Origin: a candidate division FCPU426 bacterium
Lineage (GTDB): Bacteria > Oederibacteriota > Muellerivitia > Muellerivitales > Muellerivitaceae
NCBI GenBank assembly: GCA_963719085.1
Contig: CAVRAL010000004.1
Location: forward strand, 1,223,078 to 1,287,077
Direction: 5' to 3'
DNA length: 64,000 nucleotides
Below are positions 49,305 through 58,021 of this stretch, piece by piece; positions within the stretch are counted from its first letter, which is position 1, and each line of letters opens with the position of its first letter. A model generated the notes under the pieces. That model did not search any database. It was not told where the DNA came from and saw only the letters and a list, made by a program, of their open reading frames with translations. A program made the position numbers and the translations under genes.

Positions 49305-50266
49305 GATTTTTTATCCAAGAGAGCGCTGAGGCGCAAGGCGCAGGGGATGCCGACGATCGAGGTTAAAAGCGGCCCGGCCAGGACATTGAGCAGGGAAAAG
49401 GACAAAAGCGCTGAATTGGAAACTTCCGGTGAAGCGAAAAACAAGAAGAGCGCCGCCTCGCGGGTGCCGAACCCCAGAATGGTGACCGGGATGAATTCTA
49501 TCACGACCACGACCGGCATCAGCAGGGCGATCTTGCCGAAGGACAAGGGGATGCCGAGGGCCAGGGCGCAAAAATAAGCCCGCATCCAGACCGTCAACCA
49601 GGCGCCCAAGGACAAAGCGAAGGGAAGCAGGACGCGGTTGAACGAATGAAAGATGCTCAGCAGGTCCGCGTAAAATTCGCTGCCGTGGGTCTTCAATTGC
49701 TTGGAAAGCTTTTTCGGCGCCAAGGCCAAAAGCGCGGGTTTGACGATGGAGCGCATCCACTGGGGGTTTAAAAAAAGCGCCATCGCCAGGATTCCCAGCG
49801 CGATGCCCACCAACGCCACCAAAGCCGGGGTCTCGTTCTCATTTTGGGCGATCAGCGCCATCAGGCCGGTGGAGGCAAAAAGGCCCAAGGCCAGCAAATC
49901 ATAAACCTTATCCGCCACATGAACGGCGAAAGCGCTGGTGAGCTTCAGTCCGCCCCAGCGGCTGATGCCTAAGACCCGCACGATGTCCCCCAGCTTCGCC
50001 GGGGTCACGGCCGAAAGCGGCTGGCCGGATAAGTAAATCCAATTGCCCTGGAGAAAAGTGAGATGGGACCGGAAAAAATGGCTTAAGGCTCTCAACCGAA
50101 GGGCCTTGAAAAAAACTTCCGGCAGCACAAACAGGAAAGCCATGGCGATCCAAAAAGGTTGGGCGGATTTTAAAAGGCCCCAGGACGTGGGAAGGTCCAC
50201 GGTTTTTAAGAGAACGACGAAAAGAATCAGCCCCAGAATGAAGGTGAAAGAACCAAGACGCCGCAT
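49301..50266 (-). CDS. Lysylphosphatidylglycerol-synthase TM-domain (UPF0104, flippase-like) protein
   Basis: TPAKLGD..R, IPVTILGFGTRE; multi-TM. Confidence 0.8.
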   Translation of the reverse strand: MRRLGSFTFILGLILFVVLLKTVDLPTSWGLLKSAQPFWIAMAFLFVLPEVFFKALRLRALSHFFRSHLTFLQGNWIYLSGQPLSAVTPAKLGDIVRVLGISRWGGLKLTSAFAVHVADKVYDLLALGLFASTGLMALIAQNENETPALVALVGIALGILAMALFLNPQWMRSIVKPALLALAPKKLSKQLKTHGSEFYADLLSIFHSFNRVLLPFALSLGAWLTVWMRAYFCALALGIPLSFGKIALLMPVVVVIEFIPVTILGFGTREAALFLFFASPEVSNSALLSFSLLNVLAGPLLTSIVGIPCALRLSALLDKKS

Positions 50267-50303
50267 GAAGTTGTGGGATTCCTTTTTGAAAGTTTCCCGG
50301 GAA

Positions 50304-50933
50304 CTACCGGGCGCCGCCGTCCAAGCGGTATTTGGCGAAAGCGGCCTGGGCTTCCGAATTGGCGGCGTCCCGCAGATCCTGCCAACGCTGGGATTTGGAG
50401 TCATAGTCCAAATCCCGGAGGGTCATCTCGGTTTTTTGATCGTTGAAATACCATTCCTCGAGATTGATTTTATCGCCCATCGTTTGGCTTTGCTGGCCTT
50501 GGCTTCCCCGGGGATTCCAACGCCGGTATTGATGGATCCAGTCCTTCAGTGGGACGGCTTGGGCCGCGGTCCCGTCCCAGAGGACGGAGAAATAGTAAAG
50601 TTGGCCCTTAAAGAAAAGCAGTGAAAGGGTCGACCATCCGGACTCAATCCCATCCGCATCGCTCAGGTCGGCGATTTGAAACGAAGGGTCATTGTTGAAG
50701 GGCCGAAGCTTCTTTTGAACCTTGGGATAAAGCTGCAAAATCTGGGCTTCGGGCATCCCTAAACTTAAGGGCCCGTTTTGCCGGGGCAGGGGAATATTCG
50801 GGCCGGCGAAAAGATTTTGCCAAAACCCGCCGACCCAAAGGGCCGCCGCGATCAAAAGAAGGACCAAAAGAACCAAGACCGTGGCCCGGCTTTTGGCCCC
50901 CAAGCGGGGGGAGAGGCTTTTCGCGTTTTTCAT
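50304..50933 (-). CDS. Membrane-anchored hypothetical protein
   Basis: N-terminal TM helix; lies inside the operon. Confidence 0.65.
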   Translation of the reverse strand: MKNAKSLSPRLGAKSRATVLVLLVLLLIAAALWVGGFWQNLFAGPNIPLPRQNGPLSLGMPEAQILQLYPKVQKKLRPFNNDPSFQIADLSDADGIESGWSTLSLLFFKGQLYYFSVLWDGTAAQAVPLKDWIHQYRRWNPRGSQGQQSQTMGDKINLEEWYFNDQKTEMTLRDLDYDSKSQRWQDLRDAANSEAQAAFAKYRLDGGAR

Positions 50934-50943
50934 GTTGGTCGGC

Positions 50944-52479
50944 TCAGTGGATCGCGGCTGGTTGTGGCGTGGCATGGCTTTGAGCGCTTTCTGGCAAGGG
51001 ATCCCCGTAATCCTTCACATGGCCTAAAAGAGAGTGGAGTCCCCGCCAAAGGAGGTTAACTTCCCGCAAAGAACGAACCGTCGTGACTTGACCTAAAACA
51101 AACTTGGGCTTTTTCATCAAATTCCAGGTCTTGGTCGCCCATTCGGAGGCGTTGATCTGGGTTTTCAAGATCGGATGGCTCATGTCGTATTTTTCGTAAT
51201 CTTTTTCCCCGATCAAAAGCCAGCCTTTGCGGGTGGCTTCCTTCCAAAGAGGGGAACCGGGATAAGCGATGACGACGGAGGCCTGCATACAATCGCCGGC
51301 GCGGACCTTATAAAGCAGCAGGTCCTTGGTCACCGCGTAAGTTTTTTTCACGTCCTCCTCGGTTTCCCAAGGATAACCCATCATGGTGGTCAAAAGGACC
51401 CTGAGGCCCTTGTCCTTGGCCATCTTGACGCCGCGGCTGATCAAATCCACCGTCTCGCATTTGGCCAAGTGCTTGATGCTGTAGTCGGAGCCCGATTCCA
51501 AGCCGATCTTAAGCAAGCGCCAGCCGCACATCACCAAAAGATCTACGACTTCCTCGTTGAGGTTGTCGGCGCGGCAGTTGGATGAGAACTGGAAGCGGCC
51601 CAGCAGGTTGCGGGCCTTCAGTTCTTTGTAAAATTCTTTCAACCATTCCTTGTTGTAAATCGGGCCGGATTCATTGTCGTCGAAGAATTCCCAAACTTTG
51701 TACTTGTTGACGCAAATTTCCATCTCCGCGGCTACGTTGGCGGGCGAGCGAAGACGGGCGGTTTTTCCCCAAAGGGCGTGCTGCCAGATACAGAAGGTGC
51801 AGAGTCCCACGCCGCCGCCGGACTCCTTGGGCGCGCCGCAGCCCCGGCCGGTCAAGATATAAGCGGTGGGGCGCAGCAGGTAAGCCTCGCCGTAATCCAA
51901 GAACCGGGTCAGCTCCCGGTCAATGAAAGGAAGCGAGTCCAGGTCGTCGGTCAGTTTGTGGGGGCCCGTGCTCTTGATCTTGCCTTCGGCGTCCCGGTAC
52001 CAGACCCCGGGTCCTAATTCGGCTTTGCCCGCCAAGTGTTCCACCAAGTTGCGGCCCACGATGTCATAGTCGCCGCCGGTCATCACGTAATCCACCACGG
52101 AGTTTTCAAGAGACTCGCTGGGGAAATAAGAGACGTGGTCGCCCATCAGCACCGTCTTCATGTCCGGGAAGCGGTTCTTTAATTCTTGGATATAAGCCCA
52201 GTGGCGTTTCACCACGGGCGCTTTGGTTTCTAAAAAGACGATGTCGGGCTTGAAATCAATCAGGTGCTTATCGAATTCCTCATCGCTCATGCGGCGGTTG
52301 ATGCCGTCGAGCCACAAGACTTCATGTCCCAAATGCTGGAGGTTGGTGGCCAAGTGCCCGGGAACCAGGGGGAAAATCCGGACTTCCAGGGTTTTGGAGA
52401 ACTTCAGGTGACGGTTCTGGGTGAGAAGCGGGAGTTCCCCGTCTTTACGGAAAGGAGGATAAAGAATGGCGGTTTTCAT
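50944..52479 (-). CDS. Cobalamin-binding radical SAM protein
   Basis: N-terminal B12-binding-like domain (G.H, DYV..G..D), LPF.DR, GRGC-X12-CTFC, GLESGS, GYPWET. Confidence 0.85.
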   Translation of the reverse strand: MKTAILYPPFRKDGELPLLTQNRHLKFSKTLEVRIFPLVPGHLATNLQHLGHEVLWLDGINRRMSDEEFDKHLIDFKPDIVFLETKAPVVKRHWAYIQELKNRFPDMKTVLMGDHVSYFPSESLENSVVDYVMTGGDYDIVGRNLVEHLAGKAELGPGVWYRDAEGKIKSTGPHKLTDDLDSLPFIDRELTRFLDYGEAYLLRPTAYILTGRGCGAPKESGGGVGLCTFCIWQHALWGKTARLRSPANVAAEMEICVNKYKVWEFFDDNESGPIYNKEWLKEFYKELKARNLLGRFQFSSNCRADNLNEEVVDLLVMCGWRLLKIGLESGSDYSIKHLAKCETVDLISRGVKMAKDKGLRVLLTTMMGYPWETEEDVKKTYAVTKDLLLYKVRAGDCMQASVVIAYPGSPLWKEATRKGWLLIGEKDYEKYDMSHPILKTQINASEWATKTWNLMKKPKFVLGQVTTVRSLREVNLLWRGLHSLLGHVKDYGDPLPESAQSHATPQPAAIH

Positions 52480-52537
52480 TACGTTAAGCCTTTTTAGATT
52501 CGATTTTGAGGCGGCTTATATTAAGACGACTGAAGAC

Positions 52538-53512
52538 TTATATTCTACTCCGATAATATTCAATTGTCTGCCGAAGCCCTTCTTTTAAGGGAATCCGGGG
52601 TTCCCAGGCCAGGGTCTTTTTAGACTTAGAAATATCCGGCTTTCGGCGGACCGGATCGTCTTGGGGCAGGGCTTCATGGACAATTTTGGCCCCCGGAGCT
52701 CCGCACAACTCAATCACGACCTTGGCGAAGGCCTTAATGGTCGTTTCCTGAGGATTGCCTAGGTTGAAGACCTCGCCCATCGTCTTTTCTTTTGAAATGG
52801 CGGCCCAAATACCCGCCACCAAATCGGTCACAAAGCAAAAACTCCTTGTTTGGGAGCCGTCCCCATAAATCGTCAGGGGTTTGCCGTGCAGGGCCTGGGT
52901 AATCATATTGGAAACCACCCGGCCGTCGTTTTCGTTCAGCCGGGGGCCGTAAGTGTTAAAGATGCGGATGACCCGGGCGTCGACCTTGTATTTATGGATG
53001 TACTCGTAAACCAGGGCTTCGCCCAAGCGCTTGCTTTCATCGTAGCAGGAGCGCGGACCGAAGGAATTCACGTTGCCCCAGTAGGTCTCCACCTGGGGAT
53101 GAATCGAAGGATTGCCGTAAACTTCCGACGTGGAAGCGAATAGGAATTTGGTTTTGCGTTTACGGCAATATTCCAAGAGCTGAAGGCTTCCCATGGAATT
53201 GGTCAAAATGGTCTCGATGGAATTTTTCATGTAGCCCACGGGCGAGGCGGGGGAAGCCAAATGAAAAACGTAATCGGCGCGGGGCAGGAATCCGAGGAAC
53301 CCTTTGGTCAGGTTTCGGGAAAACCGGGGAAGGCCCTTTGTCACGTCCCGGCGCACGAAACGGAAATGCGGGTTTTTACGAAGGTGGGCGATGTTTTCTT
53401 TTTTTCCGGTAATCAGATTGTCGACGCAAGTGACCCGATGATCTTGGGCCAACAAGTAATCGCACAGATGGGATCCGACAAATCCCGCCCCGCCGGTCAC
53501 GATGGAGTGCAT
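52538..53512 (-). CDS. UDP-glucuronate decarboxylase (UDP-xylose synthase) family SDR
   Basis: TGGAGFVGSHL, HLASPASP, ASTSEVYG, RSCYDESKR, RIFNTYGPR, DDP.RR.PDI. Confidence 0.9.
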   Translation of the reverse strand: MHSIVTGGAGFVGSHLCDYLLAQDHRVTCVDNLITGKKENIAHLRKNPHFRFVRRDVTKGLPRFSRNLTKGFLGFLPRADYVFHLASPASPVGYMKNSIETILTNSMGSLQLLEYCRKRKTKFLFASTSEVYGNPSIHPQVETYWGNVNSFGPRSCYDESKRLGEALVYEYIHKYKVDARVIRIFNTYGPRLNENDGRVVSNMITQALHGKPLTIYGDGSQTRSFCFVTDLVAGIWAAISKEKTMGEVFNLGNPQETTIKAFAKVVIELCGAPGAKIVHEALPQDDPVRRKPDISKSKKTLAWEPRIPLKEGLRQTIEYYRSRI

Positions 53513-53606
53513 AAAGCCTCGTCTTAAGTGGATTGGAAAGCGTTTTTCAAGTCAAGTTAAGGCAAAGGAGTTTAACACAGAGCGCCGAAGGGCGCCACGC
53601 GCGCCT

Positions 53607-54758
53607 TTAACGGATGGGATAACCCCCGCCGCTGAAGGGGGCGGCGTCCGCGGGAGTGGGCGTGGGAACCGGCGTATCCAGAAGTCCGGGTATTTTTTGG
53701 GCGGTGGGCTTTAACCGAAGCAGCACGCTATTTTGCATATCCGTAACATAGAGATTGCCGTCCTTGTCCGCGGCCATGCCCCGGAAATGGGGCGTGTAAT
53801 CTTTGTTGACCATATCGTCCTTGGCGCGCCAGCGGCCGACGTACTCGAAACGGTTGTTGAAAAATTCCACCCGGCCCGTCAATCCATCCGTGAGCGCGAT
53901 CATTCCGCTGGGAAGCACCACGACGCCGGCGGGTTCCTTGAACTGGTAGGGCCCCACGCCATACCACCCTTGGGAAGTCACCGGCGCGCCATTGGCGTTG
54001 AAAACTTGAAGCCTGAAATTTCCCGTGTCGGCCACGATGAATTGATCGATGAAATTAAGGTCCATGCCCAGCGGCAAATTCATCAAACCTGGATTGTTGG
54101 TATCGGTGCCGGTCCCGAACGAGCCCCAGACTGAGACGAAGTCCCCCAAGGAACTGAAAGACTCCAACCGGTTGTTTCCGCTGTCCAGCACCCAAATGTT
54201 CCCAAAGTGATCCTTGGAAATCGTGCGGGGTAAATTAAAGGAGCCGTTGGCGGTTCCTTGCCCGCCCCAGGAAGACAGGAATAATCCGTTCTCGTCCAGC
54301 ACCACCACGCGGTTGTTTTGCGTGTCGGAAACAAGAATTTTGCGCGGCGGCAGGATCAATAAAGCGGTGGGATGGTTGAATTGGGGAGGGTTGCGCCAAG
54401 TGCCTAAGGTTCCGAAGGCGCCATAGGCGGTCACGGGCCTTCCGTCGCTGGTCCATTCCACCACGCGGTTATTACCCGTGTCGGCAATATAAATATTTCC
54501 GTCCGGACCGATGGCCACTCCCTCAGGCGCGTTGAGTTGGTCCGGGCCTGAGCCTAAGGAGCCCCACATCGCGTCGAAGGTGTAAAGCGGTTTCGTGTTA
54601 TCGGGAACATCCGTGGGGGTGGGAGTGGCGGTGGGGGCGATTGGGCTTGAAGTCGGGGTGGGAGTGGGAGCGTGATGTTTGGCCCAGACGGGCGCCGTGG
54701 AGGAAAAACTAAAAACCAGGAACAAGAAAAGAGTAAGGACAAGACGGGAATAGGTCAT
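53607..54758 (-). CDS. Secreted NHL-repeat beta-propeller protein
   Basis: Signal peptide, PT linker, repeated F..P.G.A...G.I.V.DT.N.R. Confidence 0.87.
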   Translation of the reverse strand: MTYSRLVLTLFLFLVFSFSSTAPVWAKHHAPTPTPTSSPIAPTATPTPTDVPDNTKPLYTFDAMWGSLGSGPDQLNAPEGVAIGPDGNIYIADTGNNRVVEWTSDGRPVTAYGAFGTLGTWRNPPQFNHPTALLILPPRKILVSDTQNNRVVVLDENGLFLSSWGGQGTANGSFNLPRTISKDHFGNIWVLDSGNNRLESFSSLGDFVSVWGSFGTGTDTNNPGLMNLPLGMDLNFIDQFIVADTGNFRLQVFNANGAPVTSQGWYGVGPYQFKEPAGVVVLPSGMIALTDGLTGRVEFFNNRFEYVGRWRAKDDMVNKDYTPHFRGMAADKDGNLYVTDMQNSVLLRLKPTAQKIPGLLDTPVPTPTPADAAPFSGGGYPIR

Positions 54759-54843
54759 GGGTTAAATGCTATCGAGGTGCGGGGCTTCCGTCAACTGCGG
54801 CCTCGGGGGTTAAACGCCCGAAAAAAGTCCCGAAATCGTTGAG

Positions 54844-55353
54844 TTAAAAACCTTCGGCCCGGCTTTGGCAAGTGATGCAGCGGGTCGCCCAGGGAATCGC
54901 CTTGAGGCGGGCCATGGGGATGATTTTTTGGCAAACCTCGCATTGGCCGTAAACGCCTTCCTCAATGCGCAGGATGGCTTTTTCAATGCGCTCCAATTCC
55001 ACCCGGTCATTTTCCATCAAGGTAACCGAGAGGTGCTGGTTGAGCTCACCCGAACCATGGTCGGCCATGTCGCCGGGCATGTTTTGGTTATCGGCGATGT
55101 CCTCGCGTAAATCCTGTTCCAAGTGGTTCACCTGGCCGGTGATTTCGTTGCGCCGGTTTTGGAGTTTTTTCAAAAGGGGTTGGAAGGCGGGGTCGATCTT
55201 TACTTTCTTTTTAACGGTGGGTTTCGCCGGAAGGGTGATGACCTTGCCCATCAGACGGGCCGGGATTTTATGGGTCTTTTTGGGTTTGGCGGCTTTCGCC
55301 TTGGTGTTGGGGGCTTTTTTCTTCGTGACCGTTTTTTTCTTAGAGCTGGCCAT
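54844..55353 (-). CDS. DksA/TraR C4 zinc-finger protein
   Basis: Coiled coil with DMAD, AI.RI..G.YG.CEVC...I...RL.A.PW...CITC. Confidence 0.9.
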   Translation of the reverse strand: MASSKKKTVTKKKAPNTKAKAAKPKKTHKIPARLMGKVITLPAKPTVKKKVKIDPAFQPLLKKLQNRRNEITGQVNHLEQDLREDIADNQNMPGDMADHGSGELNQHLSVTLMENDRVELERIEKAILRIEEGVYGQCEVCQKIIPMARLKAIPWATRCITCQSRAEGF

Positions 55354-55566
55354 GGGCTGCCTCCTAGTTTGATCCGGTAGGGTTGGAACCGGAAAAGGAT
55401 GGAAGAATAACGAAGGCCTTGAGGCCTGTCAAGAATTTTGAGCATGGCGGGGTCCGGGAACGGCGCTCCTTTTGGCCCTTGGGAGGCCTATTATTTTGAG
55501 AGCGGGGGCCTGGGAAGGTTGATAAAATGCCCCCGCATTTATTTCCTTCGTGAACAGGAATTCTTC

Positions 55567-56118
55567 ATGGTCCTCGGATATTCCCTTTTGAGCGTGGCTG
55601 TCATTTTGGGGCTTTACGCGATCGTGATTTACAACCTGCTGGTGAAATATAAGGTCGAGGTGGATAACGCCTGGAGCCAGATGGATGTCCAGCTGAAGCG
55701 CCGCCATGACCTTATTCCCAACCTGGTGGAAACCGTCAAGGGCGTGATGAATTTCGAGAAAGACACCCTCACCCAAGTGATGCAGGCCCGGTCCAACGCG
55801 ATGGGCGCGACGAACCCGGCGGACCGGGTCAAGGCCGAAAATGAGCTTTCGGGCGGGGTGGGCCGGCTTTTGGCGGTTTGGGAAAACTATCCGGACCTGA
55901 AGTCGAACCAAAACGCTTCCGAGCTTCAGGAAGAGCTGACCTCCACGGAAAACAAAATCGCCTATTCCCGGGGTTATTACAACGATATCGTGGCGAATTT
56001 CAACGCCTTGATCCAGCAGTTTCCCTCCAACCTGATCGCGGGGCCTTTCGGCTTTCAACCGCGGGAATTTTTGAAAGCCGCCGACTCCGAAAAAGAAGTC
56101 CCGCAAGTCAAGCTCTAG
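55567..56118 (+). CDS. lemA: LemA family protein
   Basis: YN.LV, AWSQMDVQLKRR.DLIPNLV, ENYPDLK, TENKIA..R..YN, FPSNLIA. Confidence 0.95.
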   Translation: MVLGYSLLSVAVILGLYAIVIYNLLVKYKVEVDNAWSQMDVQLKRRHDLIPNLVETVKGVMNFEKDTLTQVMQARSNAMGATNPADRVKAENELSGGVGRLLAVWENYPDLKSNQNASELQEELTSTENKIAYSRGYYNDIVANFNALIQQFPSNLIAGPFGFQPREFLKAADSEKEVPQVKL

Positions 56119-56127
56119 GCCGGGCCC

Positions 56128-57789
56128 GTGTTTTACGCACTGCCGGCCTCAACGGTTTTTGAGGCGAAGGAGCGCAATCGCCGGGCCACTTTCTTTTTAT
56201 TTTTTTCCCTGATTCTTATTTATGTCGTTTTTTTTAATTTATTGGCCGCGCCCTGTTATTGGTTTTTAAATTCAATGCGGGTGGCCCTGCCTACGTCTTG
56301 GACGGCCGCCGGTGATACCACCTTTTTAGCCGTGATTCTGGCGGCCGGGCATTTTTGGATCGCCCGCCGAAGAACCCTGGATTCTTTGCTTTCCCAAATC
56401 GGGGCCAGGGACGCGGACCCCGCGGATCAGTTGCACGCCCAATTCATCAACGTGGTTTCGGAAATGGAATCCGCCGTTGGTTTTCAGGGGATCCGCCCGG
56501 TTGTCCTCGCCACGACGGGATTGAACGCCTTTTCCATGGAGGATGGAAAACACCAGAGGGCCATCGGCATCACGGAAGGATTGCTCGCCAAGCTCAACCG
56601 GGCGGAACTTTCAGCCGTCGTCGCCCATGAGGCGGCGCATCTTGTCCACGAGGACGCCCGCCTGGTGACCACGGCTTGTTTTTTATTCGGCGTCTTCGCC
56701 ACCTTGCAGGTGGTTTTTGGCAAAGCGGTTTACGGCCCCGCCCGGTCGTCCACGGCCGTTTCCGGATGGGGAAGGTCCCGCGTGAACGGGGGCGGCGTGA
56801 CCGGCCTCGTCGTTTTGCTTTGGCTTATCTCGGGCGCGGGTTACCTCATCACCAAATTGATTTTTATGGCGATCTCGCGGGAGAGGGAATATTTGGCCGA
56901 CGCGGATGGGGTGCAAATGTGCAAGGACCCACTGGCGCTGGCGGAAAGCCTTTATAAAATCTCGAATCGCTACCGGGGGGGATTGTCTTCCACCTTTTCG
57001 GCGCTGTTTATCATGAACCCGAATGAATCGGGTTTGGATGACGGCGAAGGCTGGCTGTCGGATCTTTTCAGCACCCATCCGCCGGTGGACAAACGGTTGA
57101 AAAAACTATTGGACTGGGCCAAATCCGATTTGGCCGCTTTACAGTCGATCGACGCCCGGGAAGAAAAGGATTCCGCGGCCCCGGTGTCCGCACCAAGCCG
57201 GGCCGCCGCGCCGGCCTTCATGGCCTATCAAGCGGGCCAATGGGTGGGCCCCTATACGCCGGATCAAATGACCTCGCTGGGGCTTTTAGCCCCCGCCAAC
57301 TGGGTTTGCGCGGTGGGCAGTCAAGACGTGACCCAAGTTTCCCAAAACCCATTTTTATTGCCGCTGTTGCAAACCGCGTCCGCGACGACGGTGGGCCAGG
57401 TTTGTCCCCGCTGTAAAGTGCCGTTGTTATCGTCTGAATATGAGGGCGCCCAAATTCTGAAGTGCGGTTTTTGCCAGGGTACTTTATTGAAGGGCGGCGT
57501 CTTGGAGCGGTTGATCAGCCGGGATTCGCGCGCTTTCACGGCGGATGAAATCGCGAAGGCCAAGGTCTGGCGGAACTCCCAAAAAGGATTTATCCCGGAG
57601 CGGGATCATTTCCCCCCGATCCTTTGTCCCTTGTGCCAGGGCCATATGGGAAAGTTTATTCATTCTTTATTAACGCAGGTGGTGATCGACCGTTGTTTTA
57701 ATGAGGCTTGCGGGGCGGTTTGGTGCGACGGCGGTGAATTGGAAACGATCCAGATGTTAATCGAAGATGCCCATTCCGCGGCACAGTGA
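56128..57789 (+). CDS. M48 (HtpX-like) metalloprotease fused to GYF_2-like and two TFIIB-type zinc-ribbon domains
   Basis: NAF, HEAAH, SREREYLAD, STHPP; GPY motif; CPRC..CGFC and CPLC..C...C.AVW.D.GEL. Confidence 0.87.
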   Translation: MFYALPASTVFEAKERNRRATFFLFFSLILIYVVFFNLLAAPCYWFLNSMRVALPTSWTAAGDTTFLAVILAAGHFWIARRRTLDSLLSQIGARDADPADQLHAQFINVVSEMESAVGFQGIRPVVLATTGLNAFSMEDGKHQRAIGITEGLLAKLNRAELSAVVAHEAAHLVHEDARLVTTACFLFGVFATLQVVFGKAVYGPARSSTAVSGWGRSRVNGGGVTGLVVLLWLISGAGYLITKLIFMAISREREYLADADGVQMCKDPLALAESLYKISNRYRGGLSSTFSALFIMNPNESGLDDGEGWLSDLFSTHPPVDKRLKKLLDWAKSDLAALQSIDAREEKDSAAPVSAPSRAAAPAFMAYQAGQWVGPYTPDQMTSLGLLAPANWVCAVGSQDVTQVSQNPFLLPLLQTASATTVGQVCPRCKVPLLSSEYEGAQILKCGFCQGTLLKGGVLERLISRDSRAFTADEIAKAKVWRNSQKGFIPERDHFPPILCPLCQGHMGKFIHSLLTQVVIDRCFNEACGAVWCDGGELETIQMLIEDAHSAAQ

Positions 57790-58021
57790 AATGGGCTCCT
57801 TTCGGGAGTCCCCTACCAAATGTTGTGGGTACTGAGCTTTTATGCCCCTTTCGGACCCCGCCGAAACCAGTCCTTCTACCCTAAGATTTCAATAAAAAGG
57901 TATAATTCGAAACGCGCTTTTTACAACACCTCCAATTTGGGAAAGGGAAAAACTCAAAGGTTCCGGCCCCGGTTTTTGAAATAAACCAGGACCCCAGGGT
58001 TTTTTTATAGAAGCTTATTTA

